28,064 nucleotides of DNA from a virus (taxonomy: Duplodnaviria; Caudoviricetes), in the IMG/VR virus record IMGVR_UViG_3300037520_000818, positions 1-28,064 of that record, one strand, 5' to 3'. Below, piece by piece: positions 8,986-19,265 of the stretch. The stretch's first letter is position 1; every line of letters begins with the position of its first letter. Below the pieces are notes generated by a model. That model was not told the origin of the DNA and made no database searches. It was given only the letters and a program-made list of their open reading frames with translations. The position numbers and the translations under genes are program-made.

Positions 8986-9906
8986 CTATACTTTACTGTT
9001 AAACTTATCTCTTATATTTTTAGGTACGGCTTCCTTTGCAACTGCATAAAATGCATGTCCGCAATTCCATCCACCTGCATAATTAGTAATGTTTGATGTA
9101 TTGGTATCTGCTTTCATTCCGTTTGGTAGTTTTGTTTTTGCATTGCATGGTATTTTATCACTACAAATGTCAATACCGTCAATATTTCCTGTTAAAATAG
9201 TTTGAAATTCTGATTTATGTACATACTTCTTTTTTACCATATACTGACACCATTCACGAGATGTTTCTAATAAAGAACCTGTGTACATAAACCATTCCAA
9301 TCCCAAATCATCTGTAAGTATAGTTGAATAAGTACGTGAATAAGTATTTATTGAATCTATTACAATTGTATTAGCATATTTTTCAAAAGCACCTAAATTA
9401 TTAGTGTTGCCGTTAATATATACTTTCATCGCTTCCTGAAATTCAGCATAAGAACCGCCAGACGTAATATTTGATTGCAGTATAGATTGAGTCTTTGAAA
9501 TAATGTTTAAATCAATTCCTTGCTCACTTAAATAAAGTGCCGTTCTATCAATTGAATCTTGTCTAACTATATTTAGAATTTCTTGCGTTGTGGCACTTTT
9601 AGATGTTGCAAAAGTAGCAAAATAAGACTGTTGAACTTCAGAAATTGTATCGAATGATTTAATAAGTTCCTTTGATGCTTTTATGTATTCTTTGTCAAAA
9701 ATAACTCTACGTAATCGCATCCGCAATTGAGAAAGAATACGATAATTGTCTATCGTGTTTTTGATATTACCTTTAGCATCTAACTTTAAATCTTTTGTAA
9801 TTGTTAGTATTTCTTTATAGATATTCTTTTGGATTTTTGGCACTTTGTCCATAAATTCATTAATAGAACTATCAACTGTTTCAATTATTTTTTTAATACT
9901 ACTCAT
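8986..9906 (-). CDS. Minor capsid / head morphogenesis protein (SPP1 gp7 / MuF-like, 306 aa)
   Basis: Follows portal. Motifs YTGSL..TSREWC and GGWNCGH..Y.V. Confidence 0.75.
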   Translation of the reverse strand: MSSIKKIIETVDSSINEFMDKVPKIQKNIYKEILTITKDLKLDAKGNIKNTIDNYRILSQLRMRLRRVIFDKEYIKASKELIKSFDTISEVQQSYFATFATSKSATTQEILNIVRQDSIDRTALYLSEQGIDLNIISKTQSILQSNITSGGSYAEFQEAMKVYINGNTNNLGAFEKYANTIVIDSINTYSRTYSTILTDDLGLEWFMYTGSLLETSREWCQYMVKKKYVHKSEFQTILTGNIDGIDICSDKIPCNAKTKLPNGMKADTNTSNITNYAGGWNCGHAFYAVAKEAVPKNIRDKFNSKV

Positions 9907-9934
9907 TCTATGTTAATATAGCTATTTTGTCTGC

Positions 9935-11740
9935 CTATTGTTCTGATTGAATTATTTGTGGCGTTCCTAATTGTTTACGTGCATCTTGTAAAGGTGCTAA
10001 TAAATCTGTACTAATACTATTTTCTCTCATCACTTCATCTGCATATTTATTCATAATAGCCACTTGTTCTTCATATCCTTTAAATGCAAACTCTTCATCT
10101 TCTATCAATGCTTTACGCACAAACTTTTGAATATTAGAACTAACTACATAGTCTTTTTCTGTAATACCGTTATTTTGCAAACGCATCATTTTATTATCTT
10201 CAGAAACACCATATAAAGGGTCTAACTTGTAAACCAACATAGTGTATTTGCTTACATCAGAATCATGAGTGAAACGCTTTAAAGATATTTCCATTTCCAT
10301 TGACGCTAATATAACGGGACTTAAATTTGCATCTTTAGCATGTTTATATTCTTCAATCAATAACGCATTATTTACTAAATCGTATTTTTGTGGAATACTA
10401 ATTTTCGGTAGCATTTCCTCACGTGTCTTTGCATCCTGAATTAAAAAGCCATAACGCAAATTACAAGTATAGTAATCTACATTTTCACGAACGTACTTTA
10501 ATAATCCTGCAACCTTATGTGCAAAGTTATCCGTTTCATCTCTGTCCCATTGTTTAGCTATTCCGCTTTCATTTATTGGAACATTGTAAAGAAACTGCAT
10601 GTTAACCGCCTCTAATGCTTCGTATAAGTTGCTTTTAACAGCATCTCTTAATAAGTGTGCTATCTCTATACTCTTTTGAATATAGCCTGCTGGTGGTATT
10701 GGTGGTATTTGGCTATTCGGTCTATTTAAGTCTAAATTAATTACCCTGTTTTGGAAAGGTGAAACAGTTTCATAACCGCTACCGTTACAAGTTCCACACG
10801 TTGAATTTGACATTGCCAAACCTACTTTTGTTTTGCCTGTTCCGTTGCACTTCTTACAAGTATTGGTGTTAATAGTCCATTTTTCCGAATGCATGTGTAA
10901 AACATATTCAGCTTGTAAATCTGAATACATACGTGCTGCTTCGTTTAAATGCGTTACCATTGAATTTATAGGTGTCTTCCAAATAATATCACCGTCTTCA
11001 TTCTTATAGAATAAACCCCTAAATCGGAAAGCCTGCAATTCATCAAAATTATGTTGAAGTCTATTTAATTCTAAATATACCTTTTGCCCTTTTGTTTCTA
11101 AAATTACATATTCTACTATCTCGTTTCTTGTTGATAAAATATGTATATCATATTCACGCTTTCCGCTTTCATCTTTGTATTCATAATCTCTATCTGTTTT
11201 TACTATTGTATAGTCATTTTCTTTGTAATAAATAACTTCGTCAACATTAGCAATAAACGGAATTGGTTTATAAAATTCACCTACCTGAATATTATACGAC
11301 AATGGAACGATAACAACAACAGCATTTGCATCTATCATTATATTCTGTAAGCACTCATCAAACAACCATGAATCTATATTGTCATAAATAGGATATTCAT
11401 TTTCTAAATATGTTTTTAATGTCTTATTTGCCGTTTCTAAAAATGCAGGCTCTTTTGTTTTATCGTAATTCACTTTCCAATCAGGTGAACGTCTTATTTT
11501 ACTCAAAGAAGTAATTACCTTAGAAATCGGGTGTTCCGTTTTTGGTGCGTAGATTTTAAACCTGTAATCCATTATAGCATCAGGCTCATTCGGTCTGCGT
11601 TCTCTGATTATTTCTTCAGGAACTAATCCGTCTGCATGAGTCTTTAACGCTTTATAAAGTTTTAAAGCATCTTTTTTTATATTCCACTTTATTTTATCAT
11701 CGTGGTGGTTAAATATATTTATTTGTTCTATTGGTGTCAT
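9935..11740 (-). CDS. Portal protein (601 aa) with inserted DnaJ-type Zn finger
   Basis: Size, position before the minor capsid gene, ESGIAKQWD portal-type motif, two CxxCxGxG repeats. Confidence 0.8.
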   Translation of the reverse strand: MTPIEQINIFNHHDDKIKWNIKKDALKLYKALKTHADGLVPEEIIRERRPNEPDAIMDYRFKIYAPKTEHPISKVITSLSKIRRSPDWKVNYDKTKEPAFLETANKTLKTYLENEYPIYDNIDSWLFDECLQNIMIDANAVVVIVPLSYNIQVGEFYKPIPFIANVDEVIYYKENDYTIVKTDRDYEYKDESGKREYDIHILSTRNEIVEYVILETKGQKVYLELNRLQHNFDELQAFRFRGLFYKNEDGDIIWKTPINSMVTHLNEAARMYSDLQAEYVLHMHSEKWTINTNTCKKCNGTGKTKVGLAMSNSTCGTCNGSGYETVSPFQNRVINLDLNRPNSQIPPIPPAGYIQKSIEIAHLLRDAVKSNLYEALEAVNMQFLYNVPINESGIAKQWDRDETDNFAHKVAGLLKYVRENVDYYTCNLRYGFLIQDAKTREEMLPKISIPQKYDLVNNALLIEEYKHAKDANLSPVILASMEMEISLKRFTHDSDVSKYTMLVYKLDPLYGVSEDNKMMRLQNNGITEKDYVVSSNIQKFVRKALIEDEEFAFKGYEEQVAIMNKYADEVMRENSISTDLLAPLQDARKQLGTPQIIQSEQ

Positions 11741-12597
11741 AAACTACGTCTTTCAGGAATGAATGATTTTTTATCTCTAATCTTATATGGCTTGCCTAAC
11801 TTACTCATTTTAGAATGATAGTTTGATATAGTTGAAAAATTGTTCTTAATAACTGTCGGTAACTTATTGCCACCTACTGAATATGCAAAGTATATTTCAC
11901 TTAATTTATATGGTTGTAAGTGTGTTGTTCTTTTATCACGTGCATACCAAAATATCGGCAACCAGTTTTCTTTGTGTGGAAATTCATTTAATTTTAATGA
12001 TGCTAACTGAAAAGCTAATTCATCTGCAATTGATGCGCCACCGAATTTAGTACCTTTAACAGGTGGATTTAAATACATATCTTTTACGGTATCAAAATAC
12101 GTTTTAGTCTTTTCAGATTTATTAAAATACACACATTCGCTGTGATAATTCCACATCATAACATCAGGGTAAATTTTTCTAATATCGTTTATATCGCACC
12201 AAATTGAATATCCTGCAAGTCCTGTGTTTGACATAGTCCAATCTAATCCAATGCATTGATTAAATAACTCTGAAGGCTTTTTTGAAAATAACCAAACCAT
12301 ATCAACATCCAAAAAAATAGTTTCCTGAAATGGTGAAAAATCATACATCCACGTTTTTACTTTTATGTATTCGATTTTGCCTTTTGTATTCCAACTTTCA
12401 TTAGGAACTTTTACTTCAAAGTCAAATAAAGACTTGTCTATATAATTGTAGTTATGCGCTAAACAGATAGGCATTTCAGGCTCTAAGTGTTTAATTGACA
12501 TAGCTAAGTTTTTAGCCATTTCCAAGTATTCATTTGAACCGATTGCTATTAATAGGATTCCTTTAGCAGTTTGCACCGCAGTTGCTGTTTTTTCCAT
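11737..12597 (-). CDS. GT-A fold glycosyltransferase (GT8/mannosyltransferase-like, 286 aa)
   Basis: GILLIA...Y..MA.NLA.SIK nucleotide-binding start, SPFQETIFLDVD (DxD), and a DELAF helix motif. Confidence 0.75.
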   Translation of the reverse strand: MEKTATAVQTAKGILLIAIGSNEYLEMAKNLAMSIKHLEPEMPICLAHNYNYIDKSLFDFEVKVPNESWNTKGKIEYIKVKTWMYDFSPFQETIFLDVDMVWLFSKKPSELFNQCIGLDWTMSNTGLAGYSIWCDINDIRKIYPDVMMWNYHSECVYFNKSEKTKTYFDTVKDMYLNPPVKGTKFGGASIADELAFQLASLKLNEFPHKENWLPIFWYARDKRTTHLQPYKLSEIYFAYSVGGNKLPTVIKNNFSTISNYHSKMSKLGKPYKIRDKKSFIPERRSL

Positions 12598-14386
12598 TAA
12601 AGTATTTTTTTAGTTTAAATTCTGCTTTAGATGTAAATTCTATCTTACTATTCCAGTCAGGTGAATAGTCGCCTTGTTGGCTCATTTGAGTTGTAAATCC
12701 TAAACGATTTGATGTAACAATTAATGTATCGTGTTTTAATGCTGTTATTAGCTTATCATGGTATGACTCCTGAATGTAGTCTGTTTCACATTCGTATTCC
12801 TTTTCAATGTCAGCACTTAAACGCCTATACTGTCCGTTTGTTTGTTTGTATATCTTTTCTGTTGTTGGATATTGTGGACTGTGTAAAAAGAACGGAAAAT
12901 TAACGCTATTTGTCACGCCTGTTGGATATGTAAACCCGAATGCATCTTCATTGTTTGAGTATTCAATCTTTGTTACAAAACAACAATCCTCAACTTTCTC
13001 AAATAGATTGCTACACGCTACCAAATCCTTATTACTGTCTAATATAGCATAAGTAAAACATTCAGGAATAATTGTTTCTAATGGCAATTCAGGAAAATTT
13101 ATAAATCCTTTTCTCCAATATGATGTAAGTGTATAATGGTAAACACTATCATCGTTTGGTAGTGTTATATCAAATTCAATGTCTGGGACTGTACAACAAG
13201 ATGTAAACTCACAGTCAAAATCAAAGCCTAATAAGTCACTAATCAATGCAATTAATTCTGCTCTGCTATAAACTGCTACTGGCACGTTTCCGCTTATGTT
13301 GTTGGTTACGTTATAGAGTAGTGTATCGTATTTTTCTATCTTGTAAAATGATATTCCGTTTATATGATTGTTGTTATCTACGTTTATTGATATTGTACAC
13401 GGATTTAATGTCGCCTGAAAGTCCACTTCTACGAATCCGTCATAACTATCGAAATTAACGTTAATAACTGTTGGCGGATTTGTACCGTCATCAAACGATA
13501 TACTACCTGTCATATCGTTATAGATAGACGTATAATAGAACTTAAAAGAATAAACGTTACTACCGCTTAATGTATCTTCAAAAGAATAAACTATATCATC
13601 AGATACGGTTTGGTTTGTAAAAGAAAAGTTTATTTTACTATTTTTCCAATAAAACCAATTACCAGTATTTGTTGATGCCGTTACTGTTGAAATATTACCT
13701 ATTAATCCGTAATTATTTAAATAAGAACCAGCAGGAATATTTGCTATATTAACAGTTACACCTGAATAAGTTGACGTTGTGCCGTGATTTACGTCAAATA
13801 CTTCATTAAGAAATGCTTTTAATATAAAAGCCCTATTTGATGCAACCGTACCCTCTATATAAACAATATAAACATCTTCTGTTTGTGTATAGGTATAACC
13901 AATAACACCACCATCATTTCTTCTTATTATATAAATCTTATTTTCACAATATATCTGCAATTCAGTAGCAAGTGTTGCTGATATCATATCAAATTCCAAA
14001 TCCGTACTTGTAATTTCATCAAAAGGATTTGTTATAAACTCAATTGTTTCGGTAGGTGTATCGTTATCCGTGTTGCAAAGGTTGTAAGGATTTGTTACCA
14101 ATACTTCATCGCCTTCAAAATCAGTATAAAATTTATATAGTGAACATATCGGAGTTACTTCAATGTCAGCATCGTAAATAACGTTACAATCTGAATCAGC
14201 AATGGCTATGTAGATAGGTGTTGTTGTTGGTAAGTCTTCATCCGTTTGAATCTCAATTTGTGCTTTAATTCCTAAGTCATTACACGCTGGCAATACGTTT
14301 AAATGTTCAGCATCGCATGTATCTGAATACTCATTATAATTAAAATCTAAGAAACTAAATTCAGGACTTATAATATTCAAAACCAA
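12563..14386 (-). CDS. Putative tail tip/structural protein (607 aa, TTG start)
   Basis: Long acidic beta-rich ORF two genes after the tape measure gene. Cys clusters. The start codon is uncertain. Confidence 0.6.
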   Translation of the reverse strand: MVLNIISPEFSFLDFNYNEYSDTCDAEHLNVLPACNDLGIKAQIEIQTDEDLPTTTPIYIAIADSDCNVIYDADIEVTPICSLYKFYTDFEGDEVLVTNPYNLCNTDNDTPTETIEFITNPFDEITSTDLEFDMISATLATELQIYCENKIYIIRRNDGGVIGYTYTQTEDVYIVYIEGTVASNRAFILKAFLNEVFDVNHGTTSTYSGVTVNIANIPAGSYLNNYGLIGNISTVTASTNTGNWFYWKNSKINFSFTNQTVSDDIVYSFEDTLSGSNVYSFKFYYTSIYNDMTGSISFDDGTNPPTVINVNFDSYDGFVEVDFQATLNPCTISINVDNNNHINGISFYKIEKYDTLLYNVTNNISGNVPVAVYSRAELIALISDLLGFDFDCEFTSCCTVPDIEFDITLPNDDSVYHYTLTSYWRKGFINFPELPLETIIPECFTYAILDSNKDLVACSNLFEKVEDCCFVTKIEYSNNEDAFGFTYPTGVTNSVNFPFFLHSPQYPTTEKIYKQTNGQYRRLSADIEKEYECETDYIQESYHDKLITALKHDTLIVTSNRLGFTTQMSQQGDYSPDWNSKIEFTSKAEFKLKKYFNGKNSNCGANC

Positions 14387-14428
14387 TAAAATTGAAGTGA
14401 TAAATTATTGGCAATGCGCCCAGATATG

Positions 14429-14457
14429 CAAATTTAATAAAAATAATTGATATTTGC
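14429..14457 (-). promoter_or_regulatory. Bacteroidota-type -7 promoter element (TAAATTTG) ahead of the tail tip-GT-portal-head genes
   Basis: TAnnTTTG at 14429-14436, just after a terminator. 15 nt are identical to the promoter at 20535. Confidence 0.7.
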
Positions 14458-14468
14458 ACTATCTTAAT

Positions 14469-14497
14469 AAAAAAACCGCCACAAATAATGTGACGGT
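14469..14497 (-). terminator. Rho-independent terminator after the 739-aa tail gene
   Basis: Minus strand ACCGTCACA-TTATT-TGTGGCGGT followed by a U run (9-bp stem with one G-U pair). Confidence 0.8.
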
Positions 14498-14559
14498 AAA
14501 ATAAAAGTAAAAAGCAATATGAAAATAAGACTGATGCAATATTAGACAATCTTTTTTAA

Positions 14560-16779
14560 TTATGCAACTTTTGGTATTAAAATTAAATCAATAGTTCCTC
14601 CTACAAAAGAATAACTGCATTCTTGCACCCATCCGTATCTTTGTGTTTCATCACACTTGTAAGCAAACAACCCGTGAGGATTTGCCTGCAAAGATTTATA
14701 TTGCTGAAAAGTAAACGGTACGCCTTCAATCTTATGTAATTCTGGCAAGTATATACCATTACTATCTACTATTATATCACTTGACGTTATATTCTGCTTT
14801 TCAGATAATACACCGCTTTCAAACTCACATCCACTTGTTAACTCACCTTCCGCTGCCGTATTACCTTTACCACTTGAGAATAACAACTCTTTTGCAGACT
14901 TCAAAAACGTAGTTACATACTCAAACCATTGCACCGCCATACGTGCAGGACTTATTCTGAAGTTAAGAATTGTAGAAGGGTCAATAATATTAGCATCATT
15001 AACAATATTGCCCTGTTCAACTTGCAATGCTCCGTAATACCTATCTAAGCAAAGAACAAAAGTATCATTATCGTATCGCCAGTCTTTTGAATCCGTATTG
15101 CCCTTACGTCTTGTAATCTCAATAGCATATCCACTCGCTACAAACTGACATACTTTCTCTAATACACCGTTATGGTTTATTAATCGTGTAGTATATTCAC
15201 GTTCCGTTAAAAATTCATCTAATCCGTTGTATTCTTCTGCTTCATACTTAGAATAACCTGTTTTGTAATTCTTAAAATGAAGCTTTAAGTTCGGTTGTTT
15301 TTCAACCGCAACAGTTCCAATGTCAGCAATTACGGTATCGTTATAAAAGTGTTTCCAATCTTCTATCCTTATAACTTCATCTTCGCCCTGTTGCTCTATT
15401 GTCATTCCTAACGGATATATGCAGTTTGTAGCGTTTAAAACATCATTAAATGTCAATGCCAACTTAGGTGCTTTATCACCTGTTTTAACGTCTTCTATAC
15501 GCCTTAAAAACAGTCCTGAGGTTAATGCCAACATACCACCGCATCCATCATCTTCAAAGTTATACGGACTTGAATCTATCCTACCTAAATACTCACTATA
15601 AACCCTTAAACAGTTGTTTGTAACATACTCTGATATATGGCTAAGTGTTTCATTTACTAAGTATAGTTTTGCGTTTGTAGGTGCGCATAGTGAATTGTTT
15701 GTAATCTCAAAACTACTTGGTGTATTCATATTGAAATTCATATATAATTCTCCAGTAGTTGTGGTTGTATATTGAATAAAACAATAAACATATAACTTTG
15801 TATTTGCAGTAGGAAAAGATGTATTTGTAGTGTTTGATATATTCCATCCGTATGTTTTTGTAAATCCAACCGTACTAATTAAAGTTGCAGGAAAAAGTTG
15901 TAATTGTGTATCTATGCCGTTAACCAAATCAGACATACCTAATATAATACTAATTGAACTTATTGTATAGGATGCAGACGTTTCAATAGTAATGTCTGCA
16001 TTTATAATTGTTGTTATTTCAATATCATCGGTTAAACAATTTATATTATCCCTGCTTGTGTTTTTATATATTGCATCCGTTTCAGATAATACTGTATTGT
16101 TTATATTGTTTGCTGCATCTGAAGAAAACAGGTTAACAAAATTATTTGGTAAAAAATCACCAAACTCATCATATATTATTGTTTCAAATGGTAGCGTAAA
16201 TAACACTTGATACAATCCTGTTATACTCGGGGAATGATTCCATCCAGCAGGGAAAGTTCCAGTTTCATCATTTAAATAAGTAGATATTATTTCTCTATTT
16301 TCAACACTATCTGTTAATACAATCGTTTTACTTGGTACTTCTATTTCTTTGCCTAAATACTCGTAATCAGCCAAATCCGTTGTATTGTCAATAGCTTTTA
16401 AAATATCTAAATCTACCTTTGTATCCATTGCGTTCTTAAACTGATAAAAGCAACCTGATTTTTCAATACCCACTACACAATAACAATCATTTCCGCAAAA
16501 CTCTTTGTATTCATAAAATGTTACATTGTATTCAATTGTTTCTTCTAATACACCGCTACAATAATACTCTATTTTAAGAACAGCAACCGCATCTATTCCG
16601 CTAACCGCATAAAGACCGCTAAGTATATCAAATCCGTTTCCATAAACTTCAATAGTTTCTTCACTCGCTTCAGCCATAACTCCGTGCCAGTTTTCAGAAC
16701 GCTTTAGCTTAATTTTTGTAGCGTCAAAACCAACTGGCTCATCAACTTCAACATCATTTATATAGAATTTAAACTCCAT
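14560..16779 (-). CDS. Tail tip / hub-like protein (739 aa)
   Basis: Immediately downstream of and overlapping the tape measure gene. Large, acidic and beta-rich. Confidence 0.65.
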   Translation of the reverse strand: MEFKFYINDVEVDEPVGFDATKIKLKRSENWHGVMAEASEETIEVYGNGFDILSGLYAVSGIDAVAVLKIEYYCSGVLEETIEYNVTFYEYKEFCGNDCYCVVGIEKSGCFYQFKNAMDTKVDLDILKAIDNTTDLADYEYLGKEIEVPSKTIVLTDSVENREIISTYLNDETGTFPAGWNHSPSITGLYQVLFTLPFETIIYDEFGDFLPNNFVNLFSSDAANNINNTVLSETDAIYKNTSRDNINCLTDDIEITTIINADITIETSASYTISSISIILGMSDLVNGIDTQLQLFPATLISTVGFTKTYGWNISNTTNTSFPTANTKLYVYCFIQYTTTTTGELYMNFNMNTPSSFEITNNSLCAPTNAKLYLVNETLSHISEYVTNNCLRVYSEYLGRIDSSPYNFEDDGCGGMLALTSGLFLRRIEDVKTGDKAPKLALTFNDVLNATNCIYPLGMTIEQQGEDEVIRIEDWKHFYNDTVIADIGTVAVEKQPNLKLHFKNYKTGYSKYEAEEYNGLDEFLTEREYTTRLINHNGVLEKVCQFVASGYAIEITRRKGNTDSKDWRYDNDTFVLCLDRYYGALQVEQGNIVNDANIIDPSTILNFRISPARMAVQWFEYVTTFLKSAKELLFSSGKGNTAAEGELTSGCEFESGVLSEKQNITSSDIIVDSNGIYLPELHKIEGVPFTFQQYKSLQANPHGLFAYKCDETQRYGWVQECSYSFVGGTIDLILIPKVA

Positions 16780-18997
16780 TTCTATTGTTTTTTATTTGCG
16801 ATACCGTAACGCCATTTTTTATGAATGTATTAAAACCGTTTTTATCAAAGTTAACCATTAAAGCAGGATTATTAGCCAACTCTTTACTGAATACTTTTGC
16901 CATTTTATTGTAATCGAAATTACTACCGTTTACTGCACTCGATACGTCAGGAATTAATAACTGTGGCAACATTTTATTTGGAATGCCTTTTAATAGCTTG
17001 TTTGTTTTAGCATCAATTACCCTTTCGCCTTTAGATAACATGGCAGGTACACTATCACTTGTTTCAGTACCACCGCCTTGAACGTATTCAGTTCCTTTAG
17101 CAAACTTAGGTATTTTCTGTGCTGCTATTATAGCTACTTGTGCTGCCGTTGTTACTGCTACTACTGCTGCAAGCGGAATAGCTGCTGGAAAGCCAGGACT
17201 TACCCAAAGTTTAGTAATTGCTAATGCACCGTTAATAATAGCTTGTGCAATTGCAGCCTGTTTATCTGCTTGTGCTTGTTTTGTTTTAATAGCTGCAACT
17301 TGTCTTTGATACCTTAATTCAATACGTTCCTTTTGCGCATCTGTTAACTCTTTATTTGCTAATTCCTTGTTTTTTAAGTCAGTTAACTGTTGTATCTGTA
17401 AGTTAAATTCAGCGTTACGTCTTTGATTTGCTATTGTAAATATTGCATCTGCAGTTTGTTGTGCTATCTGAATACTCGCTTCTTTAATGGCTAATTCCTT
17501 ATCTTTTTTGTCTTTTCTCCATTTCTCATCATACTCATCTTCAGCATCTCGATATGATTTCATTAATTTGCTTTCCTTTTCTAAATATTTTTCAATACTA
17601 TTAAGTGTTTCATCATTTCTTTCGTTTAGTTCTTTTCTCCATTTTTCATCATTATCCTTTTCAGCATCTCTGTATGATTCCCTTAATTTATTTTCCTTTT
17701 CTAAGTATTTTTCAATATTACTTAATATTTCATCATTATCATCATTTAATTTTTTTATTCTTTCCTTTTCAGCTTCGTCTCTTTTTTTATCTGCTTCTTC
17801 CTGTGCCTTTTTTGAATCATCAATGCCTTTCTGCGCTATCTTTGCTTTTAATAAAATAATACTTTCTTCAAGTTCTGTCTGTTTAGCAATTCTTTCTTTT
17901 CCTGCTTCAGTTTGTTCATCATCCCATTCATTGTTTTTTCTTGACTGCTTTAATTCTTCTTGTAAAAACTTAAGTTGTGTTTTAAGTGTTTCCTTACCTT
18001 GTATTTCCATTATAGCCAACTTTCTTTTATGGTCTTTTTCCATTTTAGAAAGTATAATATCATTATTTTCAGATACCCTTTTTACAAATTCATCGTGTGC
18101 AAATTCAGTCAGTCCTAATGTATCTGTAAGTCGTTTAATGTCAGAAATTACCATATTAACAATATCACCTATTGCTCTAAATGATTTACCTATCAGTCCA
18201 CTTGATGTTTTTAAGTTATCAAAATTCGCTATTAAATAACCAATAGCCAAAATAATAGCACCTATTCCAGTAGATGCAAGTGCAATTTTAAAGCCTTTCA
18301 TAGCACCTGTACTTTGTCCAACAACAACAGAATAAACTTTTTGTGCTGCTATATTCAAACCCAAACTAAGTGCAGTTTGTTTCTGCAATCCGTCCTGAAT
18401 TTGTTTCAGTCCGTTAGTGATTGCCATTATAGCATTCAACTTTACTAATGTCTTTTGTAATTCTTCACTTTCTACACCAAACAATGCTGCCGCACCTGTC
18501 ATTACCTGAAATCCAGCAGCACCAACTTGAACGCCTTGCAATGCTGCATCTAATTTGAATGTATCACTTGCTAAAACAGATATAGCTTGTTGCGCATCTC
18601 CGATATTATCTTTTAAATTACCAGCACCTCTTGCAGCTTCATATATTTGTTGCGTTGTAGCATTTCCGCTTACAAATAATTTAGTTAATTCTTCACGTGA
18701 ATTTTTTAATTGTGTACGGAATGATTCTGCTTGTTTAGTTGCGCCTTTAATAGCTTCGCCACCAAACGCACCTGTTGCAGCTTTTCCTAACTGCTTATAG
18801 CCATCCATTAGTTTATCTACTGAAGCTTTTCCTAATTTCGCTTTTGCAGCGTAATCATCCATCATTTTCTTTTGCTCTGAACTTACGGAACTTGTTGTGG
18901 CTTTTAGTTCCTTTTCCGCTTGGTTAAGTTCATCTATTGCAGTGATTGCTGGCTCAAGTCCTTTGGGGTCTGCTACTAACTCTATTAGATATTTCAT
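16769..18997 (-). CDS. Tail tape measure protein (742 aa)
   Basis: Ala/Gly/Lys/Gln-rich helical protein with hydrophobic stretches, internal repeats and a C-terminal PKFAKG...GTETSDSVPAMLSKGERVI motif. Preceded by a frameshifting chaperone gene. Confidence 0.9.
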   Translation of the reverse strand: MKYLIELVADPKGLEPAITAIDELNQAEKELKATTSSVSSEQKKMMDDYAAKAKLGKASVDKLMDGYKQLGKAATGAFGGEAIKGATKQAESFRTQLKNSREELTKLFVSGNATTQQIYEAARGAGNLKDNIGDAQQAISVLASDTFKLDAALQGVQVGAAGFQVMTGAAALFGVESEELQKTLVKLNAIMAITNGLKQIQDGLQKQTALSLGLNIAAQKVYSVVVGQSTGAMKGFKIALASTGIGAIILAIGYLIANFDNLKTSSGLIGKSFRAIGDIVNMVISDIKRLTDTLGLTEFAHDEFVKRVSENNDIILSKMEKDHKRKLAIMEIQGKETLKTQLKFLQEELKQSRKNNEWDDEQTEAGKERIAKQTELEESIILLKAKIAQKGIDDSKKAQEEADKKRDEAEKERIKKLNDDNDEILSNIEKYLEKENKLRESYRDAEKDNDEKWRKELNERNDETLNSIEKYLEKESKLMKSYRDAEDEYDEKWRKDKKDKELAIKEASIQIAQQTADAIFTIANQRRNAEFNLQIQQLTDLKNKELANKELTDAQKERIELRYQRQVAAIKTKQAQADKQAAIAQAIINGALAITKLWVSPGFPAAIPLAAVVAVTTAAQVAIIAAQKIPKFAKGTEYVQGGGTETSDSVPAMLSKGERVIDAKTNKLLKGIPNKMLPQLLIPDVSSAVNGSNFDYNKMAKVFSKELANNPALMVNFDKNGFNTFIKNGVTVSQIKNNRNGV
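17511..17750. repeat. Two tandem 120-bp (40-aa) imperfect repeats inside the tape measure gene
   Basis: 17511-17630 and 17631-17750 both begin tcttttctccattt. The protein repeats LN..NDE.L..IEKYLEKE.KL..SYRDAE...DEKWRK twice. Confidence 0.9.
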
Positions 18998-19265
18998 TGT
19001 CTTTTAAATTTTGTTGACGCTTAGAGTTTAACGAAAAATAAAACTCATAAATAGTCATGTTTTTTAATGATTCTATTTTGGACTCATCATGTCCAACAAA
19101 ATTTAATTGAAGTTCTCTTATTTCCGATTCTACTTTTCGGACAGAATAGAAGTAACCAAATCCGAATGCTGTTTGGTCAGTGCCTTTGTTATTTCCGAAT
19201 AAATCTCCAAATTCACTTCTAATTCGGTCAAAAACGGAAACAATTGCAACAAAGGCACTTGGTAA
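18954..19265 (-). CDS. -1 frameshift extension of the tail assembly chaperone (gpGT-like, about 253 aa fused)
   Basis: Read by hand. From the U8 run at 19264-19271 the -1 frame is open for 103 codons (LPSAFVAIVSVFDRIRSEF...GHDESKIESLKNMTIYEFYFSLN...PQRT*) and fills the gap to the tape measure gene. Confidence 0.8.
   Translation of the reverse strand, partial: LPSAFVAIVSVFDRIRSEFGDLFGNNKGTDQTAFGFGYFYSVRKVESEIRELQLNFVGHDESKIESLKNMTIYEFYFSLNSKRQQNLKDNEISNRVSSRPQRT

Noticed and set aside
14361-14549. 62-aa minus-strand ORF
   Set aside because: It crosses a clear terminator and promoter, and its hydrophobic look comes from T-rich regulatory DNA. A small membrane peptide is not fully excluded.
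17487-18239. 250-aa plus-strand ORF
   Set aside because: A Ser/Phe/Leu-rich antisense shadow of the Lys/Glu-rich tape measure region, with no independent signals.
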